A stretch of DNA of 64,000 bases. Source: Botryllus schlosseri (taxonomy: Eukaryota). The stretch is taken from the NCBI GenBank assembly GCA_051294905.1, contig CM119371.1, forward strand, positions 32,614,001 to 32,678,000, written 5' to 3'. This document shows positions 49,773-61,298 of this stretch, piece after piece; within the stretch, counting starts at the first letter, position 1, and every line of letters starts with the position of its first letter. Under the pieces are notes generated by a model. That model made no database searches. It saw only the letters and a list, made by a program, of their open reading frames with translations, and was not told the DNA's origin. The position numbers were made by a program, and so were the translations under genes.

Positions 49773-51308
49773 TTAACATTTATGTTTTTTGATGACAGCA
49801 TGTATCTTCATGTGAAGACGGAGGTTATTCTTCTGGGAGAATACCTGGCCACATATATCACGTTTACCACTTTTTCTTCCATCATGAGTATCCATATGAC
49901 GACTAAGGTCACGCTTCTGAGTAAATACTTTCCCACATACATCGCATTGATGATTTTTGGTGCCGGAATGCATCTCCATATGAAGCTTTAGCACATTCTT
50001 CCTAATGAATGGTTTACCACAAACATCACATTCATGTTTTCTGACACCAGCATGCATATCCATATGATAATTGAGGACAGGTTTATGAGTAAATGTTTTC
50101 CCACATACATCACATCGATGATTTTTGATGCCAGCATGTATAACCATATGATTTCTGAGGTAATTTTTACGAGAAAATGCTTTACCACATAAATCACATT
50201 CATTATTTTTGATGCTTGAATGCATCTCCATATGAAGCTTTTGCTCATATTTCGTGATAAACGGTTTACCACAAACATCACATTCATGTTTTTTGACACC
50301 AGCATGCATATCCATATGACGCTTGAGGCTCTGTTTCCGAGTAAATGCTTTCCCACATACATCACATTCGTGGTTTTTGATGCCAGCATGCATATCCATA
50401 TGAAGCTTGAGGTCACCCTTCCGAGTAAATGCTTTCCCACATACAGCACATCCATAATCTTTGATACCAGCATGCATATTCATATGTTGCTTGAGGTCCA
50501 GTTTATTAGTAAATGCTTTTCCACATACATCACATTTATGTCTTTTAATGCCAGCATGCATATCCATATGACGTTTGATGTGACCATCCTGAGTAAGTGC
50601 TTTTCCACATACATCACATTTATATTTTTTGATGCCAGCGTGCATATTCATATGTCTCCTGAGGCCATCCTTCCCAGTAAATGCTTTCCCACATACATCG
50701 CATTCATGATTTTTGATGCCAGCATGCATATCCATATGACGTTTGATGTGATCATCCTGAGTAAATGCTTTTCCACATACATCACATTTATATTTTTTGA
50801 TGTCAGCGTGCATATTCATATGTTTCCTGAGGTCACCCTTCCCAGAAAAGGCTTTCCCACATACATCACATTCATGATTTTTGATGCCGGCATGCATATC
50901 CATATGACATTTGATGTCACCATACTGAGTAAATGCTTTTCCACATACATCACATACATGATCTTTGATGCCAGCATGTATATGCATATGTTTACTGAGG
51001 ACATGTTTCTGGGTAAATGCTTTCCCACATATATCACATTCATGTCTTTTGACGCCAGCGTGCATATCCATATGAGACTTGAGGTAGCTCTTCAGATGAA
51101 ATGATTTCCCACATATACGACATTCATGACTTTTGATGCCAACATGCATATTCATATGTCGCTTGAGGTTATTCTTCATTGTAAATGCTCTCCCACATAC
51201 ATCACATATATGAGTTTTGGTGTACGCGTTTTGAGAGAATTCTTTTTTGGCAACATCGCATGGATGATCATTCAAGTCGTGCGGAATAGATAATTTTTCT
51301 GACTCCAT
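49773..51308 (-). CDS. tandem C2H2 zinc-finger protein, 16 intact + 1 degenerate finger (ZF-2)
   Basis: 511-aa ORF with 28-aa C2H2 repeats. Terminated by TAA within finger 18. Paralog of 19262-20434. Confidence 0.9.
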   Translation of the reverse strand: MESEKLSIPHDLNDHPCDVAKKEFSQNAYTKTHICDVCGRAFTMKNNLKRHMNMHVGIKSHECRICGKSFHLKSYLKSHMDMHAGVKRHECDICGKAFTQKHVLSKHMHIHAGIKDHVCDVCGKAFTQYGDIKCHMDMHAGIKNHECDVCGKAFSGKGDLRKHMNMHADIKKYKCDVCGKAFTQDDHIKRHMDMHAGIKNHECDVCGKAFTGKDGLRRHMNMHAGIKKYKCDVCGKALTQDGHIKRHMDMHAGIKRHKCDVCGKAFTNKLDLKQHMNMHAGIKDYGCAVCGKAFTRKGDLKLHMDMHAGIKNHECDVCGKAFTRKQSLKRHMDMHAGVKKHECDVCGKPFITKYEQKLHMEMHSSIKNNECDLCGKAFSRKNYLRNHMVIHAGIKNHRCDVCGKTFTHKPVLNYHMDMHAGVRKHECDVCGKPFIRKNVLKLHMEMHSGTKNHQCDVCGKVFTQKRDLSRHMDTHDGRKSGKRDICGQVFSQKNNLRLHMKIHAVIKKHKC

Positions 51309-52081
51309 GTCGCCCTTGTTATGGAAATGACCGTACGATGGTGTTTATTTATTACAGTGGAATATCTGTTTTCAAGTTCAAAGTGGTTATTACATATTTT
51401 CAACAATTTCTTCAGTGTATATACCAGTAAGCTAGTTCTTTGACGGTATGGCACTGTCTGATAAATATGAAACTATGAAAGTGTCGAACTAATCTTAACA
51501 AAGAGCAGCATTAGACTGTCATTGTCATACTATTATATCATGCAATAAAAATATTATCACATATTTAAACAATTTGGTCGGAATTAGTCAAATAGCATCA
51601 ATGCGATCATCATTTTGATCACTTTTGAATAATTCAAACTATAGACAGATAATACCACTATGAAAAACTATTGACAAAACATCCTCAATTTACAACAAAT
51701 CCCCGATCAACTGGCAAAGCAACATAGAGCTTTGTGGTAAAGGTGCATATATATCTGCTGGTGCAGAGAACGTATGGCTCATTTTTGGACACGAAATGGC
51801 CTCGTAGTTGAATCTTCAATCTCGCACTTAATTCTCGTCTTGGTTATGAATATCGCTGTAACGATTTGGTGGATTTCATAATGGCCTGAATCATTATTCT
51901 TGTGGTAGCTGAGACAAGTGTATGTGAGGTTACCTTAACATACAAAATATAGACGTATGCAAGTTAAACTCAGATGTCACTACTAAGATTTTTATTAATG
52001 TCATTTCGACACCATTGGATTTTCGAAAGGCACAATGGCACTCCGATGTAATCCGGTTTTGACAAAAATATGTATATATTA

Positions 52082-52507
52082 TACGCTTACCATACGTCCT
52101 CTTTTAAGAGGATTTGTCCTCGTTTTTGGCTCTTTTGAAAGTGTCCTCGGAGGACGCCCTTTTGTGCTCTTTTTTGAGATTTTGTCCTCTTTTTTGAAAA
52201 TTCAGGTCAGATTTAGAGCAAATTGCGAGTGATATGCCGCAAATTAGCACATAAGTGAAGCTCCGGCGGGTATTTCAGGTCTGAGCGAAAAGATGACCTT
52301 TTTTTTTTTTAGTTATCCACCTGGCAATGCGGAAAGAAAAACGGTATTTTTAGCTCTGAGCGGAAATAATGACCTTTTTTTTTAGTCAACCGATCACAAA
52401 GTGGAAAAAATTAACCGGTTTTTCAGAATTCTACTCCGGTTTTGCTGCAAGTTGCAAATTTCTGAAAAAGTGTCCTCTTTTTAGATTTCCAAAATATGGT
52501 AAGCCTA
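52082..52507. mobile_element. hAT MITE upstream of ZF-2
   Basis: Paralog of 21208-21630. Perfect TSD ATATATTA. Confidence 0.88.
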
Positions 52508-55500
52508 ATATATTATCCCTCAGGTATCACACACTTACACTATCATAACATTCGGGAAATATTAGTCTTAAATTAGAATTACGTTTATGATTCACAATGA
52601 GCAGACTATGGGACTTCTACAACGACAGGCCTGTAAAGTAGGCTACAAGATGTAAAATGGCAAATGATGAAAACACCGACATTGAAAACATCTATGTCAC
52701 AAACGACATGGATATTGAAAAAAAAAAATTTGACTTTGTAAACAATTTTTACACTTTTTTGTCCTAAAGCAACAATTATTACAATATTTTTACTTTTTTT
52801 GCGATGTTAAAAAAAACCTTGTCTTTAACCATGGAAAATCGCGCTTCGTTATAAGAATTTTTTGCGTCGTGACATTCAAAAGATATTAAATAGATATTAC
52901 AAGAGCGCTCTGGTGTCGTCGCGACCCAAAATTGTACCATTCGTGTCCCATACTTCAAGAACTCCTGTCCTGCAGTCATAGTCATGTTTAAAGCGTGGTA
53001 ATAACCGCTGCCGGTAGGCCGATTTACCTAAAATATACGCATTTGCTCGTACTAATCATATTAAAATCTGGTCCTGTGAAGACATGTACTCGCCGCAAGC
53101 GCAACGGAGATTTTCAAGTTGAATAGATCTCCAACAAACGACCAACGTAATATTTTAGGCCCCTTCTATCTCTCCAGAAATGGGGGTTTGGGGTGCAGCA
53201 GCTATGACCCTGGTAGATCGTCTTCAGGGGCGACAAACATACGGCCCACGGGCCGATTCCGTCATACCAGGCCATTTTATGCGGAAGCAATTATGAGTGA
53301 ATTCTTGTATTATCCAGCACGTTTACAACAAATGTTGTTCACAGAAGCCAAAAAGCCAACGCTAGACCGTCTTGACATAAACCCAAATTGCGATTTAATA
53401 CTAATGAGCATGATTTAAATATCTGCGTTTATAGTCAAACTTGAAACGAAATGGAGCATAGAAATATGCAAAGTTATGTTGTCGTTAAAGCCACTATTTC
53501 ATTGGTTTATAACTGTATTCAGCCGGCACATTATGGCCGTCCGATCACTTCGCGAAACCCAATTATCCAATTCCCTCATCCACCACGTAGTTGGGGCGTT
53601 AGTTCCACCATGGTAAGGAATAATATAGCCATACTGTACCAGCTTCTTTAAACAATTTTTTGGTGAATGGGATAGGTCAACTACAGAGAAGTAGAGAAAT
53701 ATTTTTAATATGCGAGATGTACGACTGTACAGGTACACAGTATCTCCTGCACCTATTTAATTTTCAATGTCATACAATCAATTCATGTGCTTCTTAAATT
53801 GTGTGCAATGATTTCACGGCTGGACATTTTAACCTTACGCTTTTAGAAGTAGTAGGCTATTTATGTTTCATTTGCATTTCCCAGTATCATATTCTTTGAG
53901 TTATAATTAATGTCAGTTCTTTTGTCTGGATAACATACATGTTGAAGTATAAATGCAAGTGTAGTAATGCCTTTAATTTCCTAAAATAAAGCTACACAAT
54001 ATGGCATCTTTACGGTCCACAATATATTTTATTAACGTTTACTAATCGCGCACAGTGTTTACAGCGTATCTTATACAATTTCTCCGTATTGCTATCCGAC
54101 TAAATTACGGATCTTGTAATATGGGGATGGTGATATTGACGCGTCTGGAGTCATAGCTTGAATCGAGTACCATTTTCTGAATGACCTGACTTGAGTCACT
54201 CCACTGAAATAAATCGACTTGACTTGAGTTTGACGCATGCATATTATTAAATCATTCATGACTTGAGCGTGATTTTTTAAAAGTCTTTTAAGTCATCAAC
54301 TATTCTGCCTCGCAAAACCTCTCGATCAATAGGCATTCTATAATCCTTTATTCACTGGATTCGACTTCCGTTTACGTTTTGGATTTGTTAAGTTCGATCA
54401 GCATGCAGCGACATCTTATTTTCAGCATTCTCATTCCATTATACACATAGAAGAGTATATTACAGCAGACAAGATTCATTCAGACAACGAGTGACGTGTG
54501 TACTAACCTGGAAGAATCCATACCTGACTATCGAAACATCAACTTCTCAACCTCTCTCATATTGGATGACTTATGGTTAGCAATCAAAGTTACAAAATAT
54601 TCTAAAGACTAGTGAATTAGACAACGAGTACACGCCGCGCACAATATGTGCAATATTTTCAACACAGACCTGCACAAATTAGGCTACTGCATTTTCAATA
54701 AGCGCAGCTACAATTACTACTACAAATACTCAATTTTTGAAACTAGCAATTAGAACTAAATACAGAACTACTCACTTTTCAAACTACGCACTCATAACTA
54801 GAACTGGAACTAATTTTTTAAAGCCCGCAACTAGAACTAGATCTAGATCCAGCTAGAACTAACGACATTGCAAAATTAATACACCGCTGAATATATAGCA
54901 AAATTTTGACTTGACCCGCGAACCTATATTTACTGCTTCTTATTCTCTGAAAAATAATTTCATTTTACTAGGGGACACATTGATTTTTATTTTGTCGGAA
55001 ATACTATACACGGAATCGTCATTCCAAGAGGAAGTGTTTCGAGTTTGAAATGGGAGAGATTTCGACCCTCAAACCACACCCGCTGGCTACGCAACTGTCA
55101 ACAGTGATGGCTTTGAGCTATCAAACGGTGCATAAACATCATTCAACAGAACACCGGTATATCGAATCACGCAAAACGACAACACGCGCATTTTAGTTGT
55201 TTGGCAACTAATATTCTTCAAATGCGAAACTAGAACTAGAACTATAGAACTACTCACTTTTCAATATCCGCATTTAAAAATAGAACCACTCACTTTTCAA
55301 AATCCGAAAATAGAACTAGAACTAGAACTACTCCGTTTTTAAAATCTTCAACTGGAAATAGGACTTGAACTACTCAAAACACCGTTAGTTATAGTTGAAC
55401 GGCAACCAACTAAACGAGTAATGTGTACAAGCTTTTTTCAACAGTTTAACTATGACTTAACCCTCAAGAAATATAAAATAAATTAGTAGGGTATTTCAAC

Positions 55501-56745
55501 AAATACGAATCCAAGCTGCATCGTAAATCAATTCGAGTAGATTTCATACTCGAAATACTGGTACGCTATATGATCCATTTTTCCAGCGACAAATGATATT
55601 GACATGCTTTTAGATAAACATTATTTTGTCAAATTCTACACTGGTTTCTGAACATTATCCCTGGCGCGTGTGCTATCATGTGTATGGTAATTTTAGAGGG
55701 TATCAGGCTAAATGGTCATATTTCATCATAGGATACGTATCAGGGTATAAGTAGCACACATTACCGATTCCATAAACAATATTCTATATTCGTAATCGCG
55801 CTATCTTCCCAATGTAAAATATATCGCATAGCAAGCTATCTGGAAAGCAGGGTTAGCCTGACTAATGCTGACTATGAGCTTCCCATAATACTCACGTTCA
55901 GATAGACTACCGATAGCGTCGCTAACACCGTTAACGTGCATAGCGAGCTTTTACCTCGATTTTGTAAGTCCCGCGACGATGCATGAAACAGACTGAAGCC
56001 GGATGTAATTTAATGCCAAACCCCCATGTACGAATCGCGTTAACGCGCTGCGCGTGTACAGCTGTGAAAATGCTGATAAATCAATGACCAGTTCCCTGAA
56101 CAATGAATACTCTTAATAGTGATATACGTGTGGCTATCAACCATTTTCAAAGTGATCTTTTTATATTGTGTTGTACCTACAACTGTTGCAGCTTACTTTT
56201 ATTCATAAGTAGGCCTATATGACAAGAGAATCATATTGAAATCATAGTTGTACTTTGGACTATGTCCTGTTTGCCTTCAAAGTTTTATTGCAAACAGTAT
56301 ATATATATATAAATTCATTGGCATAAACATTAAATATTGCACCGTGTTCAGTTGACATACTAAATCACATGATCCAACATGCACTCAGTAGTAACTATTT
56401 CTGCGGTACGAAAATGACCATCATTTATAATATAACGTTACAGATTTGCACTTTGCCGTACATGGGCTACTCGAAATAATGCTAGGAGGTATCGGGCTAC
56501 AAACATTGTCCACACAAAGGGGAAACAGTAGATAAAATCTTATGTAGGTGATAAATGAGGCCACAATACCCTGATCTCAATCAAAACAGTTGCAAAGTAA
56601 TATTCATATAACGTACAATGTACATCATGGATAGAGTTGTCTCGATGATTTTATATCTAAGCATGTCATTGGGAGGTATTTGAAAGCCAACGTCGTCTTC
56701 TAGAAACTTTTTAATACCTATATTCAAACGAACGTCTTGCTAGTG

Positions 56746-58012
56746 CAGCGGTTCTCAAACGGGGGTCTGCGGACCCCTGGGGGTCTGCGAAGCCTCTAAA
56801 CTTGCAAAATGATTTATTATTGTAAGTCAGTTTTCGCTTCATTACTCCTACAACTTCATGACTCACATCGACATAAAGGCCGTCTGAAATGACATGTCCT
56901 ACTGCGCAAACTCATTTTAATTGCCAAATTCCCAATAGCCTACTGATAAAAAAGGTATTGCGGTTCAGAGAAGTTTGTTGGAGTGATATACAAAACCACT
57001 ATCCCAGACCAACTTCAAGATGAGCTCCTGAATGAAAATGGATAGGATGGACGTTATGTGTTCAATGAAAAATCGGAGTCTCGATTTTGGTGCTATATAT
57101 GGTGCGATCATACTTAAAGGGGTCGTCAGTTCCCATTAATATACCATTCACCCCACCCATATTTATAGAAATAAATTTTCGGCACTCGGTCATATCAAAT
57201 CGAAGAGGCGGAGTTTCAAGACATGGCCACGAATTTCAGGAAAGTCAGCTTCAGAATTTGTTACCGTCTACCCAATTTTCACATAAATAGTGTGATATTA
57301 GTTTGTTGCAATATTTAGCACTATAGCCAGCAATTAATATTCGTAAAACACAGATGACGATTGCCCGATAATTAAAGCTTGTTTGTGGTATTCATGGTGT
57401 TTTTCGACTACTATGGTCTTTCACACTAGACCATTGTTGCTCATTTTTATTTAATAGCTGCCGACTTCTATCATGACCCGCTTCTAGGCTTTTATAAGAC
57501 ACTGTTTACATGAGATGGCGAGGAGGAACTTGGATAAGCCTCCAATACATGGGTATAGGTATTTTGGAGGCGACCTCGGTCGGACTCGAACCCGCAACCC
57601 AGTGGTGGTTGCTGCTGTTTGTTTATTTTCTGAGGTATTCATGGTGTTAGTCGACTACCATTGGACATTTTTCATTCCGTAACTGCCGGTTTATACCACG
57701 GCCCACTTCTAGGCTTTTTGTGAGACACCGCTTACGCGGATGAGGTGGCGAGGAGGAGCCTAGATAAACCTCCAACATTTAGGTATAGGAATTCTGAAGT
57801 CGTCCTCGGTCGGACTCGAACCGGCAACCATTGGTGTTGCACCCGCGGATCTCGCCACCGTGTTGCTGCTGTGGAATGTGGATTATACCACTACGCTATC
57901 TCGTTAAATTGAGCTAAATTGAGCTAAATTGAACTAAAATTTGGGGAGGGGTCCGCGGGGTCCTTGGTGGTCCAAAAGGGGTCCGCGAAGACAAAAAGGT
58001 TGAGAACCATTG
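56746..58012. mobile_element. hAT MITE (GCGGACCCC family, reverse orientation) containing two SINEs
   Basis: Ends CAGCGGTTCTCAA / TTGAGAACCATTG. Perfect TSD TGCTAGTG. Empty sites at about 7185 and 35878. Confidence 0.9.
57379..57903 (-). mobile_element. two tandem tRNA-derived SINE copies (57379-57600 truncated; 57607-57903)
   Basis: Minus-strand A-box TAGCGTAGTGG (57888-57898). B-boxes GGTTCGAGTCC (57812-57822, 57582-57592). Shared body and AACACCATGAATACC...AAAC tail. Confidence 0.82.
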
Positions 58013-58081
58013 TGCTAGTGAATTTCGTCATCCACCACCGGCAACTTCCACGCCATAATCGACTCTGCAAAAAGTAGCTAA

Positions 58082-58684
58082 ATATGAGAGAGAGAGAGAG
58101 AGGTAATATTCTTTTTCACCTGCACTAGCGAGATGCTTTGACGACGGAGTGGCGATACGGCCGTGAGGTCAATCTGGTCTGCGTCACGTTTTTTCTCCTG
58201 CGTGCTATCCGTGATTGCCAAGCGCCTAGCAGGATAGCTGCGGTTATCAAGTTTGGGCTCTTTGGTATGACCCGGACGGGGATCGAACCCACGACCTACC
58301 GCTCGAAAAGCCGGACGCATGACCATTACACTATCACGCTCGGTATGGAAAGAAAAGGACTTAGTTTATTTTTGTCCTTGATGTTTTTGCGGCATATACA
58401 CCGACTCATGATACACATACACACGATATGCGCATATGCATACCATGAGTGGAAGATGTGCTTGTGCATATGGCGCTGGACAAGGACGGTGCAGATATAG
58501 CCTTGTGTGGCTTTCTAAGTCTCGCACCACCTCTCCATGCTATCCCATTAATGCATGAGCGCCAAGCGAAGAAGTCGTGGATATCTGTTTTACTAATCAG
58601 GTCTTTGGTCTGACCCGTCCGCGGATCAAACCGACGACCTGCCGATCAAGAAGCCGGACGCTTCGCCATTACGCTATCTTGTCT
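58082..58684 (-). mobile_element. second tRNA-derived SINE family, two heads in tandem, (TC)n tail
   Basis: Head 1: TAGTGTAATGG...GGTTCGATCC...GGGTCATACCAAAGA (58259-58335). Head 2: TAGCGTAATGG...GGTTTGATCC...GGGTCAGACCAAAGA (58600-58680). Absent from paralogous sites at about 7250 and 35942. Confidence 0.8.
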
Positions 58685-60848
58685 TGGGAAACCTAATACA
58701 CGCTATAACTCGGTCAGTGTATGAGAACGCAAAAATACAGGGAAGACACATTATAACAGTGCTTTTAAACCTTTTGGGATACCAATTCGCCCTTTTTCTT
58801 GGATAATGAATTTCATTCGCTCAAATCAATCAAAAATTGGTATAGTTTGCCTGATGTCTTGGGAAATAAGCTCCAACACGATCACGGAGAGCTCGCTACC
58901 TTATGATACGTTTCTCAGATTTGTTTTTTGTTTTTATTTTTCGTTTTCCCATTTCCTGTCTCGCGAGATATAATGGGAAGAGCAAAGATCTCTCCCTTGA
59001 AACTTAACAACAGATCGAAAACCTTCAATGACCAACAACCTGCTTCATGAACCACTAGAAAAATCAGAGATTTTGTGGCATCTCGCGACCCGAGCCTCAC
59101 ACATGAAAAATAATGCATTTTTAATATTACAGTAGCATGACACGATTTTAAAAACATGCATGACATTGGCTACCGAACGTGAAGACCACAATTGTACGCA
59201 ACGCGAAACATGTCTGACGCACAAGAATTCGAATAGGTGTGATTTAAATTCCTCTGCTCGTCGCATGTGTACGACTGTCTTCTACGATTGCAAGAACGGG
59301 ACTATTAGGTGCAGACTGCCGACAACGGAGCGTATCCATATCGAAAGCTTTCGGCCATCCGGCGACGGTCATTTTTGGCTAAGGTTTTGTCGCCGCTGAT
59401 GCTTTGGCACCGCATTTTATCAGCGATTTGATGGCCAAAACTTTACATCTTCATTTGCCATTACATAAAAGGGGTTGGCCTCGAAATGAATGTGTCTCAT
59501 AGGCCTGAACGCGCTCGTTGCATACCCCTACATTAGTTCATCGCAAGGGTATTCGACCACGTCTTTCAGAAAACCAGTCGTACAAATACTATCATGAACT
59601 CGGACTATAGAACGCAGATTCTCATGATCAAGCCATATTTACTCCGTGTCTCAACAGTGACCTTTATGTAAAGACTATCGCAGGATTTGTTGCAATAAAC
59701 TCAACAAATACTACATATATAACAATAGATCAGTCGTTCCTTTTTGTCTTCGCGGACCCCTTTGAACCGTGATCAACCCCGCGGACCCCCTGACGTTTTA
59801 GTTTGAATTTAGCACATTTATCGTACAACCGTCATCTATCTTGTGCAAATATCAACTCAAGGCTAGTGATAAACAGCAACAAAATGACCGTGCTTGAAAA
59901 CAATATCATACTATATGTAGAAATATGGATATACTTTTTTTATTTATTTCGGAATGACTTTTGTAGCTGTATTTCTTATTTCTTGAAATATGTGGTCGTG
60001 TCCTAAAAATTCACGCCTTCGATTTCATATGAACCAGTGCCGAAAATTCATTTCCACAAAGGTAGCTGAAGGCGAATGTAATATTAACGACTGACGCTTC
60101 CGAAGACACCTTTGAGCACTATCGCAACATATATGCCATCAAAATTGAGAATCAAATTTTTAATGAAGTTATCACTTCCAGACTAGTCATTTCTATATAT
60201 CAGCTAAACTTCAAGATATTCTGGAATAGTGGTCATGTATATCACAGGAGAATATGGATTCCCTGATGAGGTTTTAATCTCTTTTTTTAGATGAAATAAA
60301 AAATACTCTTTTTAACAGACCTCAACAAAACATCTTTAAACAGCAATATATTTGTATCAGTAGGCTATTGGCAACTTGGAAATTGAAATGAGTTCACACC
60401 AGGGGCGTCAAACCTACGGCCCGAGAAGCCATTCCCAGTAGATTGAAAAATATATGTATTATCCAGCACATTGGTCACAAATGTTGATTTGCTTGGAAGA
60501 AAATACTTCCGTTAAATATTCCCCCACGGCAGCAAATGTTGAAAATGTTCGTAGGAAACATTATATTCACCAGACTACGGTGTTTTGGTTTCACACTTGT
60601 TACCACTATAGGAACAAATCAGTGACATTGACACCCAATTTCGAAAAGGCAAAAAGTGCACACATGATTTGAGTTTTATGGAATAATGTGCCAAAAAGTA
60701 GTTATTCACACAAGCGAAAAGCACTATGCTGAGCCGTTATATGAGGTTTACATGGATAATATATTATTTACACAAAAATATAATTCGGATATCGGTGCAT
60801 GGTTGCGCTGCAGTATCATTTCTGACTCGGAACTAGGTCGCCGGAACG

Positions 60849-60995
60849 CAGGGCTGTGGAGTCGGTAAATTTCACCACCGACTCCAACTCCGACTCCGAC
60901 TCCTGAGTCTTTAAACGTACCGATCCCGTATCCGGCTCCGACCCCGACTCCTGAGTCTTTTAAAATACTGACTCGTACTCCAACCCCGACTCCAA
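60849..60995 (+). mobile_element. left end of hAT MITE with (CCGACT)n subterminal repeats
   Basis: CAGGGCTGTGGAGTCGG followed by CCGACTCC repeats. Right end not found. Confidence 0.6.
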
Positions 60996-61298
60996 CAGTA
61001 TTACCAATTTGTCGAAATGTTGAGTTATAGAGACGGTGCCAGAGGACAAATGCATCATGACATTGTAATAGCTGTCGCGTTATAATTTAACAGCTTGCAG
61101 CCATTTGCATGCCACAACCACAGGTATAGAATATTTTAGAATGCAACAAGGATGGATCTGATATCAGAGCATTTGAGCAGTGTAGCCTGATCCGCGTGTC
61201 GGCATAATCCTTCTATATATAGGTTATCGGACACGTCATTGCCAAAGTCAAATGAAATCACCGTTCGAATATTGAAAGAGATCAACAACAACCTAAAC

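Larger units (their letters stand above)
32863..53472 (+). repeat. segmental duplication unit 2
   Basis: Colinear with 3150-22595, differing by copy-specific TE insertions, a replaced block (about 39420-42400) and ZF finger number. Confidence 0.9.
54131..59730 (+). repeat. partial duplication unit 3 (cassette A-B-C only)
   Basis: Colinear with 3313-8320 and 33020-37677, with deletions and copy-specific insertions. No ZF gene follows within the window. Confidence 0.88.

Noticed and set aside
50220..51104. 294-aa plus-strand ORF (also 19496-20062, 49455-49733, 49988-50473)
   Set aside because: Antisense or alternate-frame shadows of the 84-bp zinc-finger repeat.
3150..53472. Whole unit as one giant transposon (Maverick/Helitron) carrying the ZF gene
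   Set aside because: No unit-level TIRs or TSD, and no polB, integrase, capsid or Rep/helicase motifs recognised. Tandem segmental duplication is sufficient.
57800..58680. Possible tRNA genes (also 436-515)
   Set aside because: A/B boxes are present but no complete cloverleaf is seen. They are attached to repeated bodies and tails and absent from paralogous sites, so they are called as SINEs.
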